A stretch of DNA of 64,000 nt from an uncultured Eubacteriales bacterium (GTDB taxonomy: Bacteria; Bacillota; Clostridia; Oscillospirales; Acutalibacteraceae). A model generated the notes under the pieces. That model saw nothing but the letters and a program-made list of their open reading frames with translations, made no database searches and was not told the DNA's origin. The position numbers were made by a program, and so were the translations under genes. Numbering within the stretch: the first letter of the stretch is position 1; each line of letters opens with the position of its first letter. Shown here one piece after another: positions 53,257 through 63,235 of the stretch. The stretch lies in NCBI GenBank assembly GCA_964610685.1, contig CAZSYK010000001.1, positions 17,159 to 81,158 of the forward strand, in the 5' to 3' direction.

Positions 53257-55506
53257 TTACTGAGACCTCCTGATGTCATATTCTCCGCTGGGTTTTATGT
53301 TTATGTACAAATTTCCCTGATGGGCTATAGAAAAAACATTATCAGATGAAATAAATTTTTGCATGTTTATTTCAGAGTCAATTTTATTCATAGACAAAAC
53401 ATTATTCTGCGATTTGATTTTCTGATAGTTGGCGGGTAATCCGGTAGTTATGAAAAAATTACAATTTCTCCAATTTTCAGGGAGATCATCAATATTTCCG
53501 CCGTTTGTAATTATTAAAAACTTAGCGTTTGATATTTTGACTTGCATGTAAGTATGGTTGTTAGCTTCAAGAGTTTCTATTGTTGCATCTTCCCAGAACG
53601 AGGAATTTACGTGACCACTGAAATAAACAGGATGTGTGTATTTCTCTTCTCCTTTTAATTCGTTGCTGCTTTTTGCTGATAAAACAGTTGCTTTCGGGTG
53701 GTAAGTTTTGATGATATCTTGAGCGGTGGTTTTGTGGTTGTTGTCCAGAACCGATAAGTTTAAATAGTCTATATTTTTAATATACGATTTAGAAAGGAAG
53801 TATTCAATACTTGTTGTGTTGGAATCTTTATTTAAGCATAGTACCGCCGCGCGCCTTCCGTTTTTTGAAATTATGAATCCTATTGCGTTTGAACAATTTA
53901 TAATTGCGACATTGGTAGTGCCTATCATGCTTATTTGATAAGAAAAAACACTTGTAAATGCTAAATTAAGTGATAAAAGAGCCGTGAGCTTTACGGATTT
54001 TTTTAAATTTTTTGCATATACGCTTACTGATATAAGCAACAAAGTAAATGCTACCCATAAATTTACAATTTTATAGTCAAGGGATATCATTGCAAAAGAA
54101 ATTTTTGCCAATAATTCAGAGGTGTAGGTTATAAAGTTTGTAAGAATTCCGCATGCTAACGCAATCGGATTTAAAATAAAAGCGTGTGTGTTCAGAAGGC
54201 TGAACGTATTTAAGATAAGCGAGAGGTTAATCATAACAGTTACGGGGGGGATTAATAAAACGTTGGAAATAGGAGATATAAGTGATGTTTTTGTGAAAAA
54301 CCATGCTAGTAACGGAAAATTAAATATCCATACGGATAAACTTACAGAAATAATCGAAATTATATAGCGTACAACTTTATAATTATAAAGCTGTGTTTTT
54401 AGTTTTGCGTGAATAAAGTTGTTTATATGCTCAGACGCAAGTGTTATTCCCAGCGCTGAAAAAAAGCCTAGCCATAAACCTATGCCAAGCGCAGAGTCGG
54501 GGTTAAAAAGGCAAATTAAAAATACCGCGATTCCTAAAGAATTAAGTGAATCGGGTTTTTTAAATATCGCAAGTCCGAGAAGGTATATTATGTACATTAT
54601 ACCAACTCTTGTAACAGATGGGGTGAAACAAGTCAAAGCCATAAAAAGCAGTACCGCTAAAGCTGATAATAACGCCGCTGATCTGTTACCCAGTTTTAAT
54701 TTTTTAAATAACCAAAGAAAAAATTGAGACAATATCGAAAGATGTATGCTTGATGTTGCAATTAGGTGATATGCTCCTATAGCATCGAAATTGTTTAATA
54801 CATCTTTAGGGAACTCGTGTTTTTCTCCAAGTAAAATTCCATTTACAACCGACGCGGTTCGCACGGGAAGTATCCTTTTGGTAGCGGAGAGCATTTTTTG
54901 ACGTAGTTTTAAAATATAATAGTAAGGCGGGACTTTTTCCGGTTTTTGCGTGAAATTTTCTTCATAATTATATAAAAATGCATTAATATAAATGCTTTTT
55001 GAGCGGTAATATGTTTGAGAATCAAAAGCGGGATTACTTTGCGGAATGTAAAAATGCACATTGCCGGTGAATTTATCATAAATGTCACCTTCAATGGCTT
55101 CTGAAGAAGAAAGTTTAATTTTAAAAGGTCTGATTTTTTCTTGATTTATATTTTCAACTTCTACTGTATAATTATACCTGTTGTTTTTTTTATAAGGGAT
55201 ATCGCATATCACTCCGGATAAAGTGGCGTCTGTCCCGTCGAGTTTCTGCACGGGTTTTATATTCACATTTAAATTTATAAAATAAACCGAAACTGCGGCG
55301 ACGCACGTAAGCAGTACTATGGGTAAAACTTTGTTTTTTCTGGTTTTTTTAATTATCACCGACACTAAAAACAGTGCTGAAAATAAGGAAAAAAGATAAC
55401 AAAGTGCATTTTCAGGAACAAAAATCAAAACCGCTAGCACTGTGAAATAAGAAAAACCTATTAAAGCAAAAGGACGTTTCATGTATGTAAAGGGCGCGAT
55501 TTTCAT
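53257..55506 (-). CDS. comEC: DNA internalization competence protein ComEC/Rec2
   Basis: Large polytopic membrane protein with an N-terminal OB-like region, a multi-TM competence domain and a C-terminal soluble domain. Confidence 0.85.
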   Translation of the reverse strand: MKIAPFTYMKRPFALIGFSYFTVLAVLIFVPENALCYLFSLFSALFLVSVIIKKTRKNKVLPIVLLTCVAAVSVYFINLNVNIKPVQKLDGTDATLSGVICDIPYKKNNRYNYTVEVENINQEKIRPFKIKLSSSEAIEGDIYDKFTGNVHFYIPQSNPAFDSQTYYRSKSIYINAFLYNYEENFTQKPEKVPPYYYILKLRQKMLSATKRILPVRTASVVNGILLGEKHEFPKDVLNNFDAIGAYHLIATSSIHLSILSQFFLWLFKKLKLGNRSAALLSALAVLLFMALTCFTPSVTRVGIMYIIYLLGLAIFKKPDSLNSLGIAVFLICLFNPDSALGIGLWLGFFSALGITLASEHINNFIHAKLKTQLYNYKVVRYIISIISVSLSVWIFNFPLLAWFFTKTSLISPISNVLLIPPVTVMINLSLILNTFSLLNTHAFILNPIALACGILTNFITYTSELLAKISFAMISLDYKIVNLWVAFTLLLISVSVYAKNLKKSVKLTALLSLNLAFTSVFSYQISMIGTTNVAIINCSNAIGFIISKNGRRAAVLCLNKDSNTTSIEYFLSKSYIKNIDYLNLSVLDNNHKTTAQDIIKTYHPKATVLSAKSSNELKGEEKYTHPVYFSGHVNSSFWEDATIETLEANNHTYMQVKISNAKFLIITNGGNIDDLPENWRNCNFFITTGLPANYQKIKSQNNVLSMNKIDSEINMQKFISSDNVFSIAHQGNLYINIKPSGEYDIRRSQ

Positions 55507-55563
55507 AAGAAAACACTTAAGTTTGCGCCTTATTCTCTCCTGCCTTTCATAGGTAAATTTAAT

Positions 55564-55598
55564 ACTCCTAAACTTAATTATACTTTAAGTTTAGGAGT
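55564..55598 (-). terminator. hairpin, possible terminator after the phosphoribosyltransferase gene
   Basis: Perfect 14-bp stem actcctaaacttaa / ttaagtttaggagt with a 7-nt loop. The T-tract on the minus strand is only weak. Confidence 0.4.
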
Positions 55599-55620
55599 TC
55601 TGTCCATTTTATTATTCATA

Positions 55621-56166
55621 TTACTTTTCAAATACCGGAAGCGGATTTAAAAATATTATATCATTTCGTTTCGAGGCATCGCCTTCGGCAAGTACGCATG
55701 CTTTACCAACTATTCTCCCTTGTGCTTTGTTTATAAATTCCTCAAGTGCCAGAAGTGATTTTCCGGTGCTTATCACATCATCGACTATTAAAACCCTTTT
55801 GTTTTTTATATCTTTAAGTTCGTCTTCAGAAAGATAAAGTTTTTGCAGATGTGCAGTTGTTATAGATTTTAATTCTATACATATCGGGTTTTTCATATAT
55901 AATTTTTCTGATTTTCTTGCTACTATATATTTTTTTTGACTTTGGCGTGCCATTTCGTAACAAAGGGGAATACCTTTGCTTTCGGCAGTTACCAGAATAT
56001 CGAATTCGGGGCATTTTTTTAAAAGTTCCGTTGCGGATTTTTCTGTTATTTCAACATCGCCGAACATTATAAATGCGGCTATATCAATTTTATCGTTTAT
56101 AGGGCATATTGGAAGCTCTCTTTTGCATGAAGCAATAGTTATGGGAAATGTTTTTTCTTTGCTCAT
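55621..56166 (-). CDS. phosphoribosyltransferase-family protein (purine PRT-like)
   Basis: PRPP-binding motif VLIVDDVISTGKS. Confidence 0.75.
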   Translation of the reverse strand: MSKEKTFPITIASCKRELPICPINDKIDIAAFIMFGDVEITEKSATELLKKCPEFDILVTAESKGIPLCYEMARQSQKKYIVARKSEKLYMKNPICIELKSITTAHLQKLYLSEDELKDIKNKRVLIVDDVISTGKSLLALEEFINKAQGRIVGKACVLAEGDASKRNDIIFLNPLPVFEK

Positions 56167-56219
56167 AAGATTTATACCACCTTAAATCAACGTAAATCTT
56201 TATTTTAAAATATAAGTTT

Positions 56220-56558
56220 TTAACCCGGCGGCCAGCCAAGCTCTCTTCCGCCAAGCACATGAAAATGCAGATGCTTGACAGTTTGACCGCCGTTTTCACC
56301 GCAGTTGTTTATAATTCGAAACCCTTTTTGCAAGTTTAGTTCAGAGCTTAGATCCGCAATTTTTTTAAAGATGTATGCGATTATTTCGCAGTTATCATCG
56401 GTTATTTCAGCCGCGGAATTTATATGCTCTTTTGGGATTACCAAAATATGAACCGGTGCTTTTGGATCCAAGTCTTTAAACGCTATTATTTTGTCGTCTT
56501 CATATATAACTTCAGTTAGTATCAGTCTGTTTACTATTTTGCAAAAAACACAGTCCAT
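56220..56558 (-). CDS. HIT-family nucleotide hydrolase
   Basis: Histidine triad HLHFHVLGG and an N-terminal CxFC. Confidence 0.88.
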   Translation of the reverse strand: MDCVFCKIVNRLILTEVIYEDDKIIAFKDLDPKAPVHILVIPKEHINSAAEITDDNCEIIAYIFKKIADLSSELNLQKGFRIINNCGENGGQTVKHLHFHVLGGRELGWPPG

Positions 56559-57062
56559 ATTTCTCTCCTTGAAAATTAGATTTATTTTTTACAGTTATTA
56601 TTAAGCACAATGCTTTATTTTATATTAGTACGGTTACTTTTGTCAATATTGGAAAAAAGCATATAAATTTTAAGAATTCAAAAATAAAATTTCTTCTTAT
56701 ATTTAATAAACGGCTGCCTTTGAAAAATTTTATAATATTATAAATAACAAAAAATTGCATTCCGGCTTTTTAATACAGATGAAATACTCGGAGTCGCTAT
56801 GAAATAAAAAGACGATTTGAGAGCACCTTATCTCGTGGGTTGGCAACTGTGCCTATTTTAGGAAACGCAATAGGATCATTTTCTACCAGTATGGTTTTAG
56901 CTTCAATAGGTGTCGTGGCTGCTTTGGTACTTGCATATTTTGCTCGAAGCTTAATCGTTGTAGCGTGCTTTCCTCTATCGCTGTAGTTTTTTATAGTAGA
57001 ACAAATAATGAGTTTCGTTAAATAAGACATTATTGCATTGTGGGCTAATATTAATGGTTAAA

Positions 57063-57097
57063 AATATCTTCCTCGAACTTGAGGAAGATATTTTTGT
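57063..57097 (-). terminator. intrinsic terminator (potentially bidirectional)
   Basis: 12-bp stem aatatcttcctc / gaggaagatatt with T-tracts on both strands. It lies 40 nt downstream of the 57138 stop. Confidence 0.7.
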
Positions 57098-57137
57098 GAT
57101 ATATCAGCGCGATACTTAAATTTTTGATCTATAATCA

Positions 57138-57527
57138 TTAAAGTGAGTTTTTAAGCTTTCCGTGGTCTGTGAAATCTCTCAATGTGCTCTTATACCCTTC
57201 GCCTTTAAATTTTTCTTTAGCTTCGTTTAGGGATATTTTATTTTCACTAAGAGGGAGGTTAGCGGCCAGCAATCTAGGCATCCTGTAAACCCTGCATGTT
57301 CCGCTATCTTTCTTTACTTGTTCGGACCATTCTTCAAGTTTGGAATCTCTTATTTCAACGTTTAATAAAAATTTATACATCTTGTCTTCGTGGCCATCGT
57401 CCTGATAGGTGGTAGGTGTTTTCAGCGATTTTCCCGTTTCCTCAAAAAACTTTGCGAGTTTGCTCCTTTCGCTGTTATCACTAAGAAAAACGGTTGCTTT
57501 TTCTCCAACTACATTAATAGATGCCAT
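57138..57527 (-). CDS. hypothetical 129-aa cytoplasmic protein
   Basis: ATG at 57527 follows SD GAGGAGGA. There is no TM segment and I do not recognise any motif. Confidence 0.6.
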   Translation of the reverse strand: MASINVVGEKATVFLSDNSERSKLAKFFEETGKSLKTPTTYQDDGHEDKMYKFLLNVEIRDSKLEEWSEQVKKDSGTCRVYRMPRLLAANLPLSENKISLNEAKEKFKGEGYKSTLRDFTDHGKLKNSL

Positions 57528-57691
57528 AATAAATTCCTCCTCTATAAGATTGTTTTTATACAAAAATTTATTGTACATAGACATTATACATTTATACATT
57601 TATATTTTCAAGTGTATTTTGTGTAAATTGCTTATATTTTTAAATTTGTAAATGTGTATGATTAAAAACATGCCTATTATTCGCCGAGGGT

Positions 57692-57720
57692 TTGACCACT
57701 TGAAAGTTATACGGTATAAT
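57692..57720 (+). promoter_or_regulatory. sigma-A-like promoter for the topoisomerase operon
   Basis: TTGACC, a 17-nt spacer, then TATAAT (57715-57720), about 65 nt upstream of the TTG start at 57787. Confidence 0.6.
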
Positions 57721-57786
57721 AACCATTTGCGAGCTTATACCAGATTTTCGACATTTCTGTAAATTTTATTAAAGGGAGATATAGTT

Positions 57787-59769
57787 TTGGCTAAAAATAA
57801 ATATAATAATGAAAGCATATCTTCTTTAAAAGGCGCCGATCGTGTCCGAAAACGCCCGGGTGTCATCTTCGGATCCGATGGAGTGGAAGGTTGCGAGCAC
57901 TCTGTTTTTGAAATACTTTCAAATTCGATCGACGAAGCGAGAGAAGGACACGGAAATATAATTAAAGTCACTCGCTATAAAGATAATTCGATTGAAATTG
58001 AAGATCACGGCAGGGGAATACCTGTTGATTATAACAACAAAGAAGAAAAGTATAACTGGGAGCTTCTTTTTTGTGAGCTTTATGCCGGCGGTAAGTATGA
58101 CAATACAAATCATCAGAACTATGAATATTCTTTGGGGCTTAATGGCCTTGGCCTTTGCTCGACTCAGTATTCTTCGGAGTATATGGATGTGGAAGTTAAA
58201 CGCGACGGATATCTGCACTTACTTCACTTTGAAAAAGGTGAGAATATCGGCGGATTAAAAAAAGAACCCTATAAATATAAAGATACAGGCACAAAGATAA
58301 AATGGAGGCCTGATTTAACTGTATTTACCGATATATCAATTTCTCTCGAACATTTTGAAGATGTTTTAAAAAGACAGGCTGTCGTAAATGCGGGAATAAA
58401 ATTTGTTCTTAAATTTCAAGAGAATAATTCTGAATTCACTAAGCGAGAGTTTATATATCAAAACGGAATAGTGGATTATGCAAATGAACTGGTTGCGAGT
58501 GAAGCACTGGTCCCGGTCAATCACTGGCAGTTTGAAACCAAAGTCCGTGACAGAGAAGATAAGCCGCTTTATAAGCTTAAAGCAGATGTTGCGGTATCGT
58601 TTTCCAATAAAGTGAATTTGGCGGAGTATTACCACAACTCAAGTTATCTTGAACATGGCGGAGCTCCCGAAAGAGCAGTTAAGAGTGCATTTACTTCTCA
58701 AATTGATTCTTACTTAAAGCAAAACGGAAAATACACGAAAAACGAAAGCAAAATAAGCTTTTCGGATATTGAGGATGCGCTGGTTATTGTAATTTCTTCA
58801 TTTTCAACCATGACTTCTTATGAAAATCAAACCAAGAAATCAATAACGAATAAGGGTATTCAGGACGCTTTGACGGAAATGCTTAAGCGAAATCTTGAAA
58901 TTTATTTTATTGAAAACCCTGCAGATGCCGAAAAAATAGGCAATCAGGTGCTTATAAACAAAAGAAGCCGTGAAGACGCCGAGAAAACCCGTTTAAACCT
59001 TAAGAAGAAACTCACAAGCAGTATGGATATATCAAGTCGCGTTGCTAAATTTGTTGATTGCCGTAGTAAAGATATGGATATTCGGGAGATTTTCATAGTG
59101 GAAGGCGATTCTGCTCTTGGAGCGTGTAAACAGGCGCGTGACCCGGATTTTCAGGCTATAATTCCAATAAGAGGTAAAATTCTTAACTGTTTAAAATCAG
59201 ATTACAACAAAATTTTTAAAAGTGAAATTATAACCGATCTTATCAGAGTGCTTGGCTGCGGGGTTGAAGTCAAAACTTCAAAAACTGCTAAAGATTTGTC
59301 GTCTTTCAATATTGAATCGCTCAGATGGAGTAAAGTTATTCTTTGCACCGATGCCGATGTCGACGGATTTCAGATAAGGACACTTCTTCTTACCATGCTT
59401 TACAGGCTTACTCCGAAATTAATTGACACGGGCAAAGTTTATATAGCTGAATCCCCGCTTTATGAAATCAGCACCAAAAAGGAAACATACTTTGCTTATA
59501 ATGAAGCCGAAAAAGAAAAATTTATCAAAAAAATCGGCGACCAAAAATATACAATTCAGCGATCCAAAGGTCTTGGTGAAAATGAACCCGATATGATGAA
59601 TTTCACGACAATGAATCCCAAAACACGCAGGCTTATAAAGGTTATGCCTGAAAACGCGGCGAAAACTTCAGAAATGTTCGACGTTCTTCTTGGTGATGAC
59701 CTTTTAGGCAGGAAAGAATATATAATTGAAAACGGACATCTTTACACAGAAAATTTAGACGTAAGTTAA
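57787..59769 (+). CDS. parE: type IIA DNA topoisomerase subunit B (divergent, topo IV ParE-like)
   Basis: GHKL ATPase N-terminus (EILSNSIDEA, DHGRGIP). Toprim motifs EGDSA, PIRGKILN and DADVDG. TTG start follows SD AAAGGGAGA. Confidence 0.82.
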   Translation: MAKNKYNNESISSLKGADRVRKRPGVIFGSDGVEGCEHSVFEILSNSIDEAREGHGNIIKVTRYKDNSIEIEDHGRGIPVDYNNKEEKYNWELLFCELYAGGKYDNTNHQNYEYSLGLNGLGLCSTQYSSEYMDVEVKRDGYLHLLHFEKGENIGGLKKEPYKYKDTGTKIKWRPDLTVFTDISISLEHFEDVLKRQAVVNAGIKFVLKFQENNSEFTKREFIYQNGIVDYANELVASEALVPVNHWQFETKVRDREDKPLYKLKADVAVSFSNKVNLAEYYHNSSYLEHGGAPERAVKSAFTSQIDSYLKQNGKYTKNESKISFSDIEDALVIVISSFSTMTSYENQTKKSITNKGIQDALTEMLKRNLEIYFIENPADAEKIGNQVLINKRSREDAEKTRLNLKKKLTSSMDISSRVAKFVDCRSKDMDIREIFIVEGDSALGACKQARDPDFQAIIPIRGKILNCLKSDYNKIFKSEIITDLIRVLGCGVEVKTSKTAKDLSSFNIESLRWSKVILCTDADVDGFQIRTLLLTMLYRLTPKLIDTGKVYIAESPLYEISTKKETYFAYNEAEKEKFIKKIGDQKYTIQRSKGLGENEPDMMNFTTMNPKTRRLIKVMPENAAKTSEMFDVLLGDDLLGRKEYIIENGHLYTENLDVS

Positions 59770-59785
59770 AAGGAGGTTAAGGAAA

Positions 59786-62023
59786 ATGGCTCCTAAAAAA
59801 CGAATTAAGGAAGAAAAAAATTCAGCTGTTAGTGGGTTTATCTATAATGCCGGAGAAGTTGTTGAAGAAAAAATAATCAGCACTCTGGAAAAAAACTATA
59901 TGCCCTATGCAATGAGTGTTATAACATCACGTGCAATCCCTGAAATAGACGGATTTAAACCCTCGCATAGAAAACTTCTTTTTACAATGTATAAAATGGG
60001 GCTTTTGGGTTCCGCGCGTACAAAATCCGCAAATATAGTAGGCCAAACCATGAAATTAAATCCTCATGGTGACAGCGCTATTTACGACACCATGGTTCGA
60101 ATGAGCCGCGGTTACGAAGCGCTTTTGCATTCTTATGTGGATTCCAAAGGTAATTTCGGTAAATTTTATTCCAGGGATATGACATGCGCAGCTTCGAGAT
60201 ACACCGAAGCCAGACTTGAAAGCATATGTAAAGAGCTTTTTAAAGATATCGATAAAGATACCGTTGATTTCGTGGATAACTACGATAACACTTTAAAGGA
60301 GCCATCGCTTTTACCTTCTGCTTTTCCCTCGGTGCTTGTTAATTCAAACACAGGTATTGCTGTTGGTATGGCAAGTTCAATTTGCCCTTTTAACCTTAAA
60401 GAAGTTTGTGACACCACGATTGCTTATATCAAAAACACTGACCACGATATTTCCTCAACTTTAATTGCTCCTGATTTTCGCGGTGAAGGGGAAATTATTT
60501 ATGATAAAGAAAAATTAGATAATATATACAAAACAGGGCGCGGAGGAATAAAAGTACGTTCATGCTATAAGTACGATAAAAGGTGCAACTGTATAGATGT
60601 AACAAGCATTCCGCCCACCACAACAAGTGAAGTTATAATCGAAAAAATAGCAGAGCTTGTTAAAAACGGAAAAATTCGTGAAATATCCGATGTCCGAGAT
60701 GAAACCGGGCTTGAAGGTCTTAAAATAACCATTGATCTCAAGCGTGGAGTAGATCCGGATAAGCTTATGGTTAAGCTTTTCAGGTTAACTCCTCTTGAGG
60801 ATACGTTTTCGTGTAACTTCAATATTCTTGTTGGCGGAACTCCTAAAGTTATGGGTATAAAAGAAATACTTGAAGAGTGGGTAGCGTTCAGAGTGGAATG
60901 TGTCAGAAGACGAACCGCTTTTGACCTTAAGAAAAAGAAGGAAAAGCTTCATTTGCTTGAAGGTCTCGGTAAAATCCTTTTGGATGTTGATAAAGCAATC
61001 TTGATAATTCGCAAAACGGAAGAAGAAATCAAGGTTATCCCTAACCTAATGAAAGGGTTCGGGATTGATGAAATTCAAGCAGAATACGTAGCAGAAATAA
61101 AACTTCGCCATTTGAACCGCGAATATATATTAAAGCGCACAAGTGAAATCGAAAACCTACAAAAAGAAATAGCAGAGCTCGAAAAAATTCTCGAAAATAA
61201 AAAAAATATATACAAAATAATAATTGGCGAACTTAATGCTGTTTCCAAAGAATACGCTAAGCCTCGCCGAAGCCTTATTATTTACGCTCATGAAGCAGAA
61301 GAATATGAGGAAGAAACAACGGCACCTGATTATCCCGTAACGTTTTTCTTTACAAAAGAAGGTTACTTTAAAAAAATAACACCTCAGTCTTTAAAAATGA
61401 ACTCAGAACAAAAGCTCAAAAATGATGATGAAATTATTGAAGAAACCTCGGGTGCTAACCATTCGGATTTGCTTTTCTTTACTAATAAGTGTCAAGTTTA
61501 TAAAGCTAAAGGTTATACTTTCGCTGACACCAAAGCAAGCGCGATGGGGGAATATATTCCGGCTGTTCTTTCGTTTGAAAACAACGAAAAAGTAGCTTAT
61601 ATGGCGGTCACTTCGGAGTATGATGGATTTATGCTGTTTTTCTTTTCAAGCGGAAAAGTTTCGAAAGTTGAAATGAAATCCTATTTTACAAAAACCAATC
61701 GTAAAAAGCTTATAAAAGCTTACTGTGAGAGCGACAATCTGGTAAAAGCGGTTTACCTGCGTGAAGATAAAGATTTTCTGCTTACTTCATCTTCCGGGAA
61801 AATACTAATTTTTAACAGTTCGAATATTAATTTAAAGCAAACAAAAAACACTCAAGGCGTTGCGGTAATGAAACAGAAAAAGGGTCACAGGTTGATAAAA
61901 ACGGAGGTTTATAGAAACGGGATTTTTATAAACGAAAAGTATTATACCGCAAAAAGTTTGCCTGCCGCGGGGCGACTTCCGTGCGATAATAATATTCCTT
62001 GCGAACAGTTAACGCTTGGTTAA
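59786..62023 (+). CDS. parC: type IIA DNA topoisomerase subunit A (divergent, topo IV ParC-like)
   Basis: Active-site tyrosine context AASRYTEARL. The C-terminal domain is short and I could not find a GyrA-box (QRRGGKG). Confidence 0.82.
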   Translation: MAPKKRIKEEKNSAVSGFIYNAGEVVEEKIISTLEKNYMPYAMSVITSRAIPEIDGFKPSHRKLLFTMYKMGLLGSARTKSANIVGQTMKLNPHGDSAIYDTMVRMSRGYEALLHSYVDSKGNFGKFYSRDMTCAASRYTEARLESICKELFKDIDKDTVDFVDNYDNTLKEPSLLPSAFPSVLVNSNTGIAVGMASSICPFNLKEVCDTTIAYIKNTDHDISSTLIAPDFRGEGEIIYDKEKLDNIYKTGRGGIKVRSCYKYDKRCNCIDVTSIPPTTTSEVIIEKIAELVKNGKIREISDVRDETGLEGLKITIDLKRGVDPDKLMVKLFRLTPLEDTFSCNFNILVGGTPKVMGIKEILEEWVAFRVECVRRRTAFDLKKKKEKLHLLEGLGKILLDVDKAILIIRKTEEEIKVIPNLMKGFGIDEIQAEYVAEIKLRHLNREYILKRTSEIENLQKEIAELEKILENKKNIYKIIIGELNAVSKEYAKPRRSLIIYAHEAEEYEEETTAPDYPVTFFFTKEGYFKKITPQSLKMNSEQKLKNDDEIIEETSGANHSDLLFFTNKCQVYKAKGYTFADTKASAMGEYIPAVLSFENNEKVAYMAVTSEYDGFMLFFFSSGKVSKVEMKSYFTKTNRKKLIKAYCESDNLVKAVYLREDKDFLLTSSSGKILIFNSSNINLKQTKNTQGVAVMKQKKGHRLIKTEVYRNGIFINEKYYTAKSLPAAGRLPCDNNIPCEQLTLG

Positions 62024-62047
62024 GCTGCGATTTTGGAGGTAAAATTA

Positions 62048-63235
62048 ATGAAAAGAGTTTTTCTTATAGTTCTGGACAGCGTGGGCATAGGCGAAATGCC
62101 CGATGCGGAGGATTATGGCGACAAAGGCAGCAATACAGTGAAGGCATGCTATAACTGTGAGAGTTTTCATATGCCCAATATGAAAAAGCTCGGTTTTTTT
62201 AACATTGATTGTATGGATTATGCCGAGGGTCAGGAAAATCCCCAGGCAAGTTTTGCCCGTATGAAAGAAATTTCAAAAGGTAAAGATACTATAATCGGTC
62301 ATTGGGAAATTTCGGGCATTGAGTCAAAAAATCCTTTACCGACTTACCCGAATGGGTTTCCGCAAGAAATTATAAGTAAATTTGAAAAAGCCACAGGATG
62401 TAAAACGCTATGTAACATGACATATTCGGGAACTGAAGTTTTAAAGGATTACGGTAAAGAAAGCATAGAAACCGGTAAACTTATTGTCTACACATCCGCC
62501 GACAGTGTATTTCAGATTGCGGCACATGAAGATTTTGTTCCGGTTTCCAAACTTTATGAGTACTGCGAAATTGCTCGGGAAATTCTTAAAGGCGATCATG
62601 CTGTCGGGAGAGTCATAGCTCGACCGTTTATCGGGGTTTATCCGAATTTTACCCGTACAACAAATCGTCACGATTTTGCCTTGGCTCCTCCCGAAAAAAC
62701 CATGCTTGACTACATAAAAGAAAAGCAACTGGATGTTATTGGAATTGGGAAAATAAGCGATATTTTTGCGGGCAGAGGCATTACCGAAAGCATAAAAACA
62801 AAGGGAAACGCCGATGGGATAAATAAACTTCTGGACTTAATGAACAGCGATTTTCAAGGGCTTTGTTTTTTGAATCTTGTTGATTTTGATATGCTTTACG
62901 GTCATCGCAATGATATAAAAGGTTATGCTTGTGCTCTTTCTTATTTTGACGAAAAATTAGCCGATATTATGAAAATGATGAAAAATGAAGATATTTTAAT
63001 AATTACGGCTGACCATGGTTGCGATCCTTCAACCGTTTCGACCGACCATTCACGTGAATGCACGCCCATGATTATTTACGGCGAAAATATAAAAGCCGGT
63101 ATAAATCTTGGGACAAAAGAAGGGTTTGGAAACATAGGAGCTACGATTCTTGATTATTTAGGTGTAGATGCCGAAATTAAAGGCAGGTCATTTTTAAAGG
63201 AGATTATAAAGGATGGAATTAAAATTAAAACGTGA
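62048..63235 (+). CDS. deoB: phosphopentomutase
   Basis: N-terminal VLDSVGIG and C-terminal TADHGCDP metal-binding motifs. The ATG follows SD GGAGG. Confidence 0.9.
   Translation: MKRVFLIVLDSVGIGEMPDAEDYGDKGSNTVKACYNCESFHMPNMKKLGFFNIDCMDYAEGQENPQASFARMKEISKGKDTIIGHWEISGIESKNPLPTYPNGFPQEIISKFEKATGCKTLCNMTYSGTEVLKDYGKESIETGKLIVYTSADSVFQIAAHEDFVPVSKLYEYCEIAREILKGDHAVGRVIARPFIGVYPNFTRTTNRHDFALAPPEKTMLDYIKEKQLDVIGIGKISDIFAGRGITESIKTKGNADGINKLLDLMNSDFQGLCFLNLVDFDMLYGHRNDIKGYACALSYFDEKLADIMKMMKNEDILIITADHGCDPSTVSTDHSRECTPMIIYGENIKAGINLGTKEGFGNIGATILDYLGVDAEIKGRSFLKEIIKDGIKIKT

Noticed and set aside
56797-57030. A 77-aa minus-strand ORF.
   Set aside because: It has no SD, starts just downstream of a strong terminator, and has no recognisable motif. 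It is kept only as part of the unassigned-region finding.
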